Source of the DNA: an uncultured Candidatus Saccharibacteria bacterium
GTDB lineage: Bacteria > Patescibacteriota > Minisyncoccia > Phycocordibacterales > UBA9973
Assembly (NCBI GenBank): GCA_964475655.1
Contig: CAYYXE010000001.1
Span: 5,435-69,434, forward strand
Reading direction: 5' to 3'
Length of the DNA stretch: 64,000 bases
The notes beneath the pieces were generated by a model. The model made no database searches. It was not told where the DNA came from and worked only from the letters and a program-made list of their open reading frames with translations. A program made the position numbers and the translations under genes. Numbering within the stretch: the stretch's first letter is position 1; each line of letters begins with the position of its first letter. Below are positions 47,796 through 56,246 of this stretch, piece by piece.

Positions 47796-48041
47796 ATGAA
47801 ATGGGTTTATAAAGACAAGATAAATTATTATAATAATAAGCAATCCAAGAGCTACCCCAAGAACAATATTAATTGCCCTATATACTTTTTGATTTCTAGT
47901 GAAAATACCAATAAGAGAAATTAGTATAAAAACTCCAGACCAAAAAACTTCAGCAAAATTAGCAGTCCCTGTACTATGAAAAGAATCCATTAGAAGAAAT
48001 ATAGGGTATCCAAGACCTATAATTGGTAAAATATATCTCAT
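47787..48041 (-). CDS. hypothetical small membrane protein (AT-rich)
   Basis: 84 aa, 3 TM. Confidence 0.4.
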   Translation of the reverse strand: MRYILPIIGLGYPIFLLMDSFHSTGTANFAEVFWSGVFILISLIGIFTRNQKVYRAINIVLGVALGLLIIIIIYLVFINPFHLF

Positions 48042-48042
48042 A

Positions 48043-48363
48043 TTATTTCACTTTTGATTCTAATTTTTCGACACGAATAAGCATGTGCTCTATCTTTTCG
48101 TCGTGCTTGGAAGCGGTCATTTCGTTTTGAAACATCCTTTTCCTAAAGTCTTCATGATCAGTATGGATCACTTGAATTTCTTTTAGAATAGAAGTTAGTA
48201 CTTTCGCTTGTCTTTCAAGTGCATCATTAACAGCCGCAAAAGACTTCGCAATAGACATCATCGCTTTCTCAAAGGTCTTTTCGGTCACATACTTTTCAGT
48301 TGTTTTGGCAGCAGCTTTCTTCATTGTTGAGACAGTATACTCCCCGCTTCTGGCAAGGTGCAA
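48043..48363 (-). CDS. hypothetical coiled-coil protein
   Basis: 106-aa ORF directly downstream of grpE. Confidence 0.4.
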   Translation of the reverse strand: MHLARSGEYTVSTMKKAAAKTTEKYVTEKTFEKAMMSIAKSFAAVNDALERQAKVLTSILKEIQVIHTDHEDFRKRMFQNEMTASKHDEKIEHMLIRVEKLESKVK

Positions 48364-48374
48364 ACTGGGGATAA

Positions 48375-48935
48375 TTACGCCTTGAGAACGAGCACTGTCA
48401 CCCTCGCCGGCCGAAGCACCGTCTCCCCGAGCTTATAGCCTTGCTGGAGGATGGTATCGATACGCTGATCAAAGCGTTTGTCCCCTGTCTCTACTTCAGA
48501 CACCGCTTCATGGTACTTGGGGTCAAAGACATCACCCTTCTCTGCTATAGGCTCGAGGTTGTGCTCCTTGAGCGCATTCATGAGCTGGCTGTAGATATAC
48601 TCGACACCAGTGCGCCAAGTTGGCTCTACCTTCTCCCAGGCCTCCTTGTTGGACATTGCCATATTGAAGCTATCCACTACCGGAAGCAAGTCTTCGACAA
48701 ACCGCACGGCAAAGTGCTCACGGAAGCGCTTCTTGTCTTCGTCAGTAGACTTCTGGAGATTGGCATAGTCGGCACGCGCACGCTGCCAGCCGTCGAGATA
48801 CTCGGTCTTTTCTTTCTCAAGAGTCTTGATCTTTTCTTGGAGTTTTTTGAGCTTGGCGTCCCCAGGGAGCTCATCCCCATCTTCATTGGACTCGACAAAC
48901 TCAGGGTCGAGCACTACATCTTCATCGTCTTTCAT
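48375..48935 (-). CDS. grpE: nucleotide exchange factor GrpE
   Basis: Long N-terminal helix + C-terminal beta-domain motifs (ARADYANLQK, GDVFDPKYHEA). Confidence 0.85.
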   Translation of the reverse strand: MKDDEDVVLDPEFVESNEDGDELPGDAKLKKLQEKIKTLEKEKTEYLDGWQRARADYANLQKSTDEDKKRFREHFAVRFVEDLLPVVDSFNMAMSNKEAWEKVEPTWRTGVEYIYSQLMNALKEHNLEPIAEKGDVFDPKYHEAVSEVETGDKRFDQRIDTILQQGYKLGETVLRPARVTVLVLKA

Positions 48936-49020
48936 ACGGCATCATTATACTGAAAATTGGGAATAAAAAAAGAGCTTGGTTAGAGCTCTTGGGAAGGTAA
49001 TGTTCTATTGTGTTACTGAA

Positions 49021-49488
49021 TCATTTTGCAGGTTGCACAGTATTGTCGGAAATCGGTATTTGATAGTTCTTTGGGGAAAGGCTGATACCAGATTTTGGGC
49101 GACGCACAAATACAACAGCGGTAGACAATTTGTACCAACACTTCTGTAGCACCTTCACTAACAAATGGTAGAAGCTCTTCTTCGCCCGCATCGGCAGAAG
49201 AGAATGCAGTTTCTTTTCGCATAAGAAATAGGTGACAACAAAGCCGGGATCTCCCTTGTGCATATGAACGGTACCACCGATCAAATCGGCGGAGAGACTT
49301 CCTTCTTCGTCGGATTTGATTTCGAGATGTACAACCTTTTTGGTCAGCAGACCGACCTTTTCGTAATCGGGTACATAAATATCTAAGGTTGCTTTAAGTA
49401 AACCACACCCGTCTTCTATTGTTCTTTCACTTGCAATAGACTGCTCCTTCAGAAATTTTTCCCATTCTTCCAGATTTTTCTTTTCCAT
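49021..49488 (-). CDS. hypothetical protein (155 aa)
   Basis: ORF with own terminator (49531-49566 hairpin upstream, AAGAGC..GCTCTT hairpin downstream). Confidence 0.45.
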   Translation of the reverse strand: MEKKNLEEWEKFLKEQSIASERTIEDGCGLLKATLDIYVPDYEKVGLLTKKVVHLEIKSDEEGSLSADLIGGTVHMHKGDPGFVVTYFLCEKKLHSLLPMRAKKSFYHLLVKVLQKCWYKLSTAVVFVRRPKSGISLSPKNYQIPISDNTVQPAK

Positions 49489-49748
49489 GAGTGTTTTCCT
49501 TTATTGTACATGGAAAATGGCAAAAGAAAAAAGCCTGGTCTATGTACCCAGGCCGAGAAGGCTTACGTATAACCGCGACATGCATGGCACGTAACTTGAG
49601 TCACCTTTTATTGAAGCTTCGTATCTATAATACCACACAAAAATCCCCTTTCGGGACTTAGTTGTTTCTTAACGCTTTGTCCACCTTCAGCCTGTCTGGC
49701 GACAACGGCTGATGCCCTCTTCGGGGCACCGGAGTAAACGCTAAGTAG

Positions 49749-50153
49749 TTAACGCTTACTCCACTGTGGACTCTTACGAGCCTTCTTGAGACCGAATTTG
49801 CGGCGCTCCTTACTTCGTGGGTCACGCTTGAGGAATCCTTCGCCTTTGAGCTTGGTCTTGTCAGCTTCGTCCTCCTTCACAAGGCCGCGAGAGATGCCGT
49901 GACGGACTGCTTCAGCCTGTGAGTGGATGCCTGAGCCAGCCACCTTCACTGATACGGCGTATGCCTTCTCGGTGACTTTAAACGGATCAGTAACGATCTT
50001 TTGGAGTTCACTTGTCGGGAAGTATGCCGCAAGATCCTTGTCGTTGATTGTGTAGCTTGCCTTCGTAGCAGGTGTGAGGCGCACGCGAGCAGTTGCAGTC
50101 TTGCGTCGGCCGATAGTTTCGATGTATTTCTTTGATGCGGTAGCTGATGCCAT
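49749..50153 (-). CDS. rpsI: 30S ribosomal protein S9
   Basis: GGGIHSQAEAVRHGISRGL core; C-terminal ...KKARKSPQWSKR. Confidence 0.9.
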   Translation of the reverse strand: MASATASKKYIETIGRRKTATARVRLTPATKASYTINDKDLAAYFPTSELQKIVTDPFKVTEKAYAVSVKVAGSGIHSQAEAVRHGISRGLVKEDEADKTKLKGEGFLKRDPRSKERRKFGLKKARKSPQWSKR

Positions 50154-50176
50154 ATGTATAAAAAGTATTTGGGCTG

Positions 50177-50521
50177 TTATTCGGTAATAGTGAGGTGCTT
50201 CATCATGTCGCGCTTGAGCTTGTTGTCAGGAAGCATGCCCTTCACTGCCTTTTCGATGACTTCCTTGAAGCCTTTGGTAGCTACGACGTGTGCCATAGTG
50301 CTCTGCTTGAGACCGCCTGGGTAGCCAGAAAATGAATTGTACGTCTTGGTGAGCATTTTGCGGGGATCGGTCTTGATCTTGGATGCGTTGGTCACGGTCA
50401 CGAGATGGTTGGGCACGGCGTTCTTTACGAAGTCAGCAGAATTCTTGCCCATGAGAATGCTTGCCACTTCTGTAGCGAGTCGTCCGAGTGATTTATTTGT
50501 TGCGTCGATGGTGTAGTTCAT
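50177..50521 (-). CDS. rplM: 50S ribosomal protein L13
   Basis: L13 N-terminal motif MNYTIDA..SLGRLATEVA. Confidence 0.9.
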   Translation of the reverse strand: MNYTIDATNKSLGRLATEVASILMGKNSADFVKNAVPNHLVTVTNASKIKTDPRKMLTKTYNSFSGYPGGLKQSTMAHVVATKGFKEVIEKAVKGMLPDNKLKRDMMKHLTITE

Positions 50522-50532
50522 ATCTATTTGGG

Positions 50533-50889
50533 TTACTGGACGAATTCGATCACTGCCATCGGAGAGCCGTCACTGAGGCGCTGTACGACCTTGGTGATGC
50601 GGGTATAGCCACCTGCACGATCTGCAAACTTGGGGGCAACATCGTCGATGAGGCGAGATACGACTGCTTCGTTGTTGTAGAGACCTGAGAGGAGGACGCG
50701 GCGGTTGGCAAGGGTAGGATTTTTGGCCTTCGTCACCATCTTTTCTACCACTGGGCGGATTTCCTTTGCCTTTGCTTCAGTCGTGAGCATGCGTCCGTGC
50801 TCGATGAGAGATGCAGCAAGACCGCGGATGAGCGCTACTCGTCCGTTCTTTTCTCGCCCAAATTTTCGTACATTTACATGATGACGCAT
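50533..50889 (-). CDS. rplQ: 50S ribosomal protein L17
   Basis: MRHHVNVRKFGRE...GGYTRI. Confidence 0.9.
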   Translation of the reverse strand: MRHHVNVRKFGREKNGRVALIRGLAASLIEHGRMLTTEAKAKEIRPVVEKMVTKAKNPTLANRRVLLSGLYNNEAVVSRLIDDVAPKFADRAGGYTRITKVVQRLSDGSPMAVIEFVQ

Positions 50890-50911
50890 AGATGACCCTT
50901 GTTATACCGTA

Positions 50912-51925
50912 TTATTCCTTCAAAGACAAGCCGAGGGCTCCGAGTGCGTCACGGATCTCTGTGATACCCTTGTCGCCGATACCGTCGATCTCGAGGAGAT
51001 CAGCTACGTGCTTGCGCGCAACACCGCCGACTGTGCGGATGTTTGCTGCAGTGAGGGCATTGAGGGTACGGGTCGAGAGGCCGATCGTATCGATGCGGTT
51101 CTTGAGCACATCGGTAACGTCGACTGAGTCTTCACTCTCTGTCATAGAAGCTGCCCCAGCAGCATCAGTAGCCGCTTCTGCCATCAGAGGAGCCTTCATG
51201 CTCATGCGTGACTGTACTTCTTCGATCACGCCAGGAGCGCTGATAGAAACGATCGCTGCGAGCTGCTCGATCATAGTGCCGACTGACTGCTCGAGCGCTT
51301 CGCGAGGAGAGATCGTGCCGTCGGTCTCGATGGTCATGCGGAGGCGGTTGAAGTTGGTCTTGTCGCCGACACGCATTTCTTCGACATCGTATGAGACGCG
51401 TCGGATAGGAGAAAAGATCGCATCAAGAAAGATCGTACCGATATCAGCCTTTTGCTTGTGGTGTGCTTCGCGAGAGACAAATCCGAGACCCTTTTCGATA
51501 GTAAGCTCGATGGTGAGAGATGCCTTGCCGGTGATCTCGCAGATGTACTGGTCAGGATTTGCAACCGTTGCCGCACCCTTTGCGGAGATATCTGCTGCCG
51601 TTACCACCTTGGGACCCTTGACTGAAAGGGTGACCTTTTGGGGCTCGTCAGTGGTGAGTGCAAAGCGCACGTTCTTGAGGTTGAGAAGGATTGTGATCAC
51701 GTCTTCTTTGACGCCGTCGATCGTTGCAAACTCATGACTTACTCCATCGATCTTTACTGCAGTGATCGCAGTACCCGTAAGAGACGAGAGGATGATGCGA
51801 CGCAGAGAGTTGCCGAGCGTATAGCCGTATCCTGGCACGAGACCGTCTATTTCAAATACGCCTTTGTTGCCTTCTTCGAAGGTAGCTTTTGGTTTGGATG
51901 GGAGCATGATGTTGTGTTGGGTCAT
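50912..51925 (-). CDS. rpoA: DNA-directed RNA polymerase subunit alpha
   Basis: NTD GNSLRRIILSSL and own CTD (LSTRTLNALTAANIRTVGGV...GLSL). Confidence 0.9.
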   Translation of the reverse strand: MTQHNIMLPSKPKATFEEGNKGVFEIDGLVPGYGYTLGNSLRRIILSSLTGTAITAVKIDGVSHEFATIDGVKEDVITILLNLKNVRFALTTDEPQKVTLSVKGPKVVTAADISAKGAATVANPDQYICEITGKASLTIELTIEKGLGFVSREAHHKQKADIGTIFLDAIFSPIRRVSYDVEEMRVGDKTNFNRLRMTIETDGTISPREALEQSVGTMIEQLAAIVSISAPGVIEEVQSRMSMKAPLMAEAATDAAGAASMTESEDSVDVTDVLKNRIDTIGLSTRTLNALTAANIRTVGGVARKHVADLLEIDGIGDKGITEIRDALGALGLSLKE

Positions 51926-51973
51926 ATGAAAATAAACTATACCATTATTTTGTAAAATCTCCTAATCTGTGTC

Positions 51974-52576
51974 CTAACGACTGTAGAACTCAAGCACCGT
52001 GTCGAGCTGCAGAAATGCTTCGTCGTTCTTGGGCTTGGCGGTGACTTCAGCCGTAAGTGCTTCGGGGCTCCATTTGAGCCAGTTGGGCACGGTGTGTGTT
52101 TCACCCTTTTTCTTCATATCTGCAAAGATAACGCTTTTCTTGCTTCCTTCACGCACTGCGATCTTGTCGCCGATACGTACCGCAAGGGACGGGATCGTCA
52201 CCTTGGTACCATTGACGGTGATGTGACCGTGAGATGCAAGCTGTCGCGCAAAGCGTCGAGTACTTGCAAGGCCGAGACGGTATACGACGTTGTCGAGGCG
52301 CGTCTCGAGGAGCTCAAAGAGCTTGTCGGTCACGGGCATACCTTTGGTACTCGTTGCCTTTTGGACGTAGTTGCCGAGCTGGCGCTCTGAAATACCATAT
52401 GAGAAGCGGACCTTTTGCTTCTCAATGAGCTGGCGGCCGTAGTCAGAGAGCTGCTTGGGGCGCTTGCCTTTTGCGGCTGACTTTTTCATTTCTGATTGGG
52501 TGTATTTGGCAGTCTGGCACTTTTCGTATACTCCCGGGCCGAGACGGCGACACATTTTGTATTTTGCAGTAGTCAT
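51974..52576 (-). CDS. rpsD: 30S ribosomal protein S4
   Basis: N-terminal KYKMCRRLG zinc-ribbon-like, S4 RNA-binding domain. Confidence 0.9.
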   Translation of the reverse strand: MTTAKYKMCRRLGPGVYEKCQTAKYTQSEMKKSAAKGKRPKQLSDYGRQLIEKQKVRFSYGISERQLGNYVQKATSTKGMPVTDKLFELLETRLDNVVYRLGLASTRRFARQLASHGHITVNGTKVTIPSLAVRIGDKIAVREGSKKSVIFADMKKKGETHTVPNWLKWSPEALTAEVTAKPKNDEAFLQLDTVLEFYSR

Positions 52577-52587
52577 ATAGATGTAGA

Positions 52588-53022
52588 TTATACTCGTCGA
52601 GGTTTCTTGGGTTTAGGACCATTGTGCGGCACGGGGGTCCGGTCTTTGATCGATACAAGCTCAATGCCGGTGCCGATAAATCCTCGGATCAAGGGCTCGC
52701 GACCAGACCCTACTCCGCGCACAACGACTGCTACATCTTTGATGCCTGCAGCGGTTGCTTTCTCAGCGAGCACTTCACCTACCTTTGAGGCTGCAAAGGG
52801 AGTACCTTTCTTGGCCCCCTTAAATCCAAGCGAGCCGGATGATGACCAAAAGAGCGCATTGCCCTTCATGTCTGATACGACTGCCTTGGTGTTGTTAAAC
52901 GTTGCTTCGATAGAAAGCATGGCGCTCGTCACCTTTTTCTTGGTGGTACGCGCAACTGCTCGACCGCGCATTTGTGCATCGACGAGTTGTCCTTCTTGAT
53001 TTGTGATACGCTTTTTACCCAT
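52588..53022 (-). CDS. rpsK: 30S ribosomal protein S11
   Basis: S11 core (TFNNTKAVVSD...GSGREPLIRG). Confidence 0.9.
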   Translation of the reverse strand: MGKKRITNQEGQLVDAQMRGRAVARTTKKKVTSAMLSIEATFNNTKAVVSDMKGNALFWSSSGSLGFKGAKKGTPFAASKVGEVLAEKATAAGIKDVAVVVRGVGSGREPLIRGFIGTGIELVSIKDRTPVPHNGPKPKKPRRV

Positions 53023-53034
53023 ATAAATTAGTGA

Positions 53035-53415
53035 TTATGTCTTACTCTCCTTTCGGCGGCCGCTACCCATCGTGTTGCGGACGTTGCCTCGGACCGTGCG
53101 AGAGTTGGTCTTGGTGCGCTGGCCGTTGACCGGGAGGCGGCGCATATGGCGGATACCGCGGTATGCTTTGATGTCTTTGAGGCGCTTGATGTTGCCGGCG
53201 ATTTCACGCTTGAGGTTGCCTTCGATGGTGCGCTCTTCGATAGCCTTGGTGATCGTCTTTTCTTGATCAATAGAGATCTCGGTGGGCTTCGTAGAAGGAC
53301 TTACTCCTGCATCCTTGAGAATCTTGTGGGCAGTAGTCGTGCCGATACCATAGAGGGTGGTGAGACCGATGTCGAGACGCTTGTCGTTGGGGATGTTGAT
53401 ACCGAGGATACGCAT
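53035..53415 (-). CDS. rpsM: 30S ribosomal protein S13
   Basis: MRILGINIP...YGIG motif. Confidence 0.9.
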   Translation of the reverse strand: MRILGINIPNDKRLDIGLTTLYGIGTTTAHKILKDAGVSPSTKPTEISIDQEKTITKAIEERTIEGNLKREIAGNIKRLKDIKAYRGIRHMRRLPVNGQRTKTNSRTVRGNVRNTMGSGRRKESKT

Positions 53416-53438
53416 GAATGATAGAATTATTGTGTTGC

Positions 53439-53549
53439 CTATTGCTTTTGCTTGTGCTTAGGGTTGTCACAGATCACGACCAAATGGCGATTGCGCTTTA
53501 CAATCTTGCACTTATCACACATCTTTTTTACGGTTGATCTGATCTTCAT
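53439..53549 (-). CDS. rpmJ: 50S ribosomal protein L36
   Basis: Hand translation: [36 protein letters not shown] (C-x2-C...C-x4-H zinc ribbon); below ORF-track cutoff. Confidence 0.8.
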   Translation of the reverse strand: MKIRSTVKKMCDKCKIVKRNRHLVVICDNPKHKQKQ

Positions 53550-53588
53550 AAAACGCCTAAAATTTGTAGCCGGGGGATTATATACTAT

Positions 53589-53798
53589 TTATATTCGTCT
53601 GACAATACGTCCCTTCCCACCATACGGATCCATGACGACTTCGACGGTATCTCCGATCAATACCTTGATGCGGTGAAGGCGCATTTTGCCTGCCAGGTAC
53701 GCGATCACGCTTTCGCCTCCCTCGAGTTCAAGCCTGAACATGGTGTTCGGGAGCGCTTCGGTTACGGTTGCTTTGACTGCGTCTTCTGGTGTAGGCAT
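53589..53798 (-). CDS. infA: translation initiation factor IF-1
   Basis: S1-like OB fold, GKMRLHRIKVLIGD. Confidence 0.9.
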   Translation of the reverse strand: MPTPEDAVKATVTEALPNTMFRLELEGGESVIAYLAGKMRLHRIKVLIGDTVEVVMDPYGGKGRIVRRI

Positions 53799-53839
53799 TA
53801 AGGGGTTTATAATAACACAAACTTTTGCTCTCGGTCAAC

Positions 53840-55084
53840 TTATCGTGCTTCGACGGTGATCCGCTGCTCTTTGGTAGGGAAAAAGGGCGCCCAAAAGGGG
53901 TAGAAATGGTACTCGGCAGTGTCGATCTCGGGGACTGCATTGATGATCTCTCCAAAGGCAGCTTTGCGAGTGCCGACAAGCGAGTCTCGGAGGGATGCAA
54001 GCGGCGCCTTGGTGATAATGACACCTTCTCCGCTCACGCGTACATGGATCGTGTCGGGAGTATTTTTGGCATCGGCTGGAAGTGCCGTCACGGGAGTAAC
54101 TACGAGGTCGCCAAGTGCCGGGATAGAGACGTCGGTATAGGTGTGGTCATTGAGCACATGGTTGGCAATGGCAGTCTCAAAGAGCTCGCGCGGGATGAGA
54201 TACGTCGTCATCGTACCCTTCATAGTGGCGGGAAATTTCACACTATCGCCACGGAGGTTGACCGAACCTGAGTCAATACTCGGCACCTGGAGGTCGGGAT
54301 ACGTGATGAGCGTCTCGGGGATCTGGGTGCGTGTCTCGCGCTTGAGGCGCTCGGTGAGTTGGGCCTGGAGAGTGGCAATGACATCGCCTTGCTCATCGGC
54401 ACTGACACTGTGCTTCATACCTTCTTCACCACCTGTGATCGCTCCCGCAGACTGCGCATAGAGACTTTTGCCCCACCCAGCGACAGAGAAGCTTGTACCA
54501 GTTGTGTTGTAGGTCGGGCCGACTGCGGTCGCAACTATTGCCGTTGCAGGAGAGGTGCCCGCCGTCTTTACTTTGCCTTTGAGTGTATAGCCAGGGACCG
54601 TGACCACTGCGGTGGTTTGATACTTTTTGCCATTTGCGGCAGTGAGCGTCGTCTTGGCCTTGATGGTCTGGGCCTTGGTGCTGTATTCATTAAAGAAGAC
54701 GACTTTGCCCCGGGCCGTGCTCGTGCTCTGCTCTACCTTTGAGCCATAGACTTGACGCGTCGCTTCACTGGAGACAAGCATGGTCTGAAACGTAAGCCTG
54801 CCGACACTCGCCTCCCCTTCATGCGTGAGCTCAAATTCTGCATTCTCCAGCACAAACGGTATGCGACGCTCAGTCACGACTACCTTTACACGAGCGACCT
54901 TCATCCCCAGCACATAGAGTATGACTACAAAGATAAGTGCACACCCAAGTATCAGGAGTTTGCGCCACCTGACCGGATGATGATGGCGCGTGATCACGGG
55001 ACGAGTTACTTCTTCGAGTATAGGATCTTCTGCACCCTTTTTCTTCTTTGCGTTTTCGCTTTGGATGATGTCGTAGAGTTTCAT
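53840..55084 (-). CDS. single-pass membrane protein with large extracytoplasmic domain, co-transcribed with PilM-like gene (possible PilN/PilO-like)
   Basis: 44-aa cytoplasmic N-term, one TM, Thr/Val-rich beta-looking ectodomain; ATGA overlap with upstream gene. Confidence 0.45.
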   Translation of the reverse strand: MKLYDIIQSENAKKKKGAEDPILEEVTRPVITRHHHPVRWRKLLILGCALIFVVILYVLGMKVARVKVVVTERRIPFVLENAEFELTHEGEASVGRLTFQTMLVSSEATRQVYGSKVEQSTSTARGKVVFFNEYSTKAQTIKAKTTLTAANGKKYQTTAVVTVPGYTLKGKVKTAGTSPATAIVATAVGPTYNTTGTSFSVAGWGKSLYAQSAGAITGGEEGMKHSVSADEQGDVIATLQAQLTERLKRETRTQIPETLITYPDLQVPSIDSGSVNLRGDSVKFPATMKGTMTTYLIPRELFETAIANHVLNDHTYTDVSIPALGDLVVTPVTALPADAKNTPDTIHVRVSGEGVIITKAPLASLRDSLVGTRKAAFGEIINAVPEIDTAEYHFYPFWAPFFPTKEQRITVEAR

Positions 55085-56214
55085 AGGTGTACCGTCTGCT
55101 GTGCAAATACTGCGGCGGTTGCAAGGGGGACATCGAGTGCCGTCTGGTCGGCAGTGCGCACAAGCCCGGCAAGCACTGACTCATCGAGGTACTTCACCGT
55201 CACCTCTCCGACCGTGCAGCGATGCTTGAGAAATTCATCGGTCGTGAGCACTCGCGTAAAGAGCTGCTGAAACTTGGGATCGGCAGTCACCGTACACTGG
55301 GACGGCACACAAAAGCCATAGTGGCCGCCTTCGAGGATCTCGCGAAATGCTGCGCGCCATGTACCAAGAAATGCTTCGATCGCCTTCTCTACGGGCACCA
55401 CTGCCGACGTATCGAGTTTGCCCAAGCGGTATGCTTCGAGCATGCTGTGCGCTTCGGCAGTGGTGTGCCGACCGATGCTTGCGAGGGTGCGATAGAGCTC
55501 AAACGTACCGACCGGAAATGAATGCTGATAGAGCATGATGCCACCCTTGATAAAGGCAACATCGGTGATCTCTTCGCCTACGTCGATGATGATGGACTCT
55601 GCGATGCTCGGCATGACGTCTCGCATGACGACATAGGTCGCAAAGGGACTCGTGGTAAAGCTGATGGTGCGCGTACCGTATGCGCGCTGGAGCACGTCGG
55701 TAAATCGCTCGAGCACGGGCTTGGGTGCGACGGTAACACTGAGGAAGAGCTCAAGGCTGGTGGCGTGCTTACCAAAGGGTGTGCTCGTCTCGTAGCCGTT
55801 GAGCAAGATGCTCGAGATCTGCTTTTCGACAACGACTGAATCGGGGCCAAACGACCCGCCTTCTGCCAGTATCGCCTCGACTTCACGATCGACGAGTCCG
55901 TCTACGAGCTTTGAGGTACAGGTAAATGCCTTCTCTTGCTTGTACACTATCGTGCGTGTCTGCGACACATACCAGGGAGATGCGAGGATGACTTGGATAT
56001 GAGTGGGATGGTGTGCGTCCTTTGCTTTGATCTGCTCCACAATCTGCCCGAGATGCTTCACACCTTCTTCGACAAAGCGCGACATGTTGATGTCGTCTTG
56101 GAGCGGGATGTTGGTACGCGCACTTGCAAGCATGACCGGAGCCGCATCCGTCCGCACTACATGCGCACCCGCAACAGAGCTCGAACTGATGTCATACACC
56201 GCAAGGACGTTCAT
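55081..56214 (-). CDS. actin-like (ASKHA) ATPase, PilM/FtsA-like
   Basis: N-terminal phosphate-1 like VLAVYDISSSSV; IIIDVGEEITDVAFIKGG...FPVG pattern as in PilM/FtsA. Confidence 0.45.
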   Translation of the reverse strand: MNVLAVYDISSSSVAGAHVVRTDAAPVMLASARTNIPLQDDINMSRFVEEGVKHLGQIVEQIKAKDAHHPTHIQVILASPWYVSQTRTIVYKQEKAFTCTSKLVDGLVDREVEAILAEGGSFGPDSVVVEKQISSILLNGYETSTPFGKHATSLELFLSVTVAPKPVLERFTDVLQRAYGTRTISFTTSPFATYVVMRDVMPSIAESIIIDVGEEITDVAFIKGGIMLYQHSFPVGTFELYRTLASIGRHTTAEAHSMLEAYRLGKLDTSAVVPVEKAIEAFLGTWRAAFREILEGGHYGFCVPSQCTVTADPKFQQLFTRVLTTDEFLKHRCTVGEVTVKYLDESVLAGLVRTADQTALDVPLATAAVFAQQTVHL

Positions 56215-56246
56215 ACAGCAAGTATACCAAAAGAATGTATAGACAA

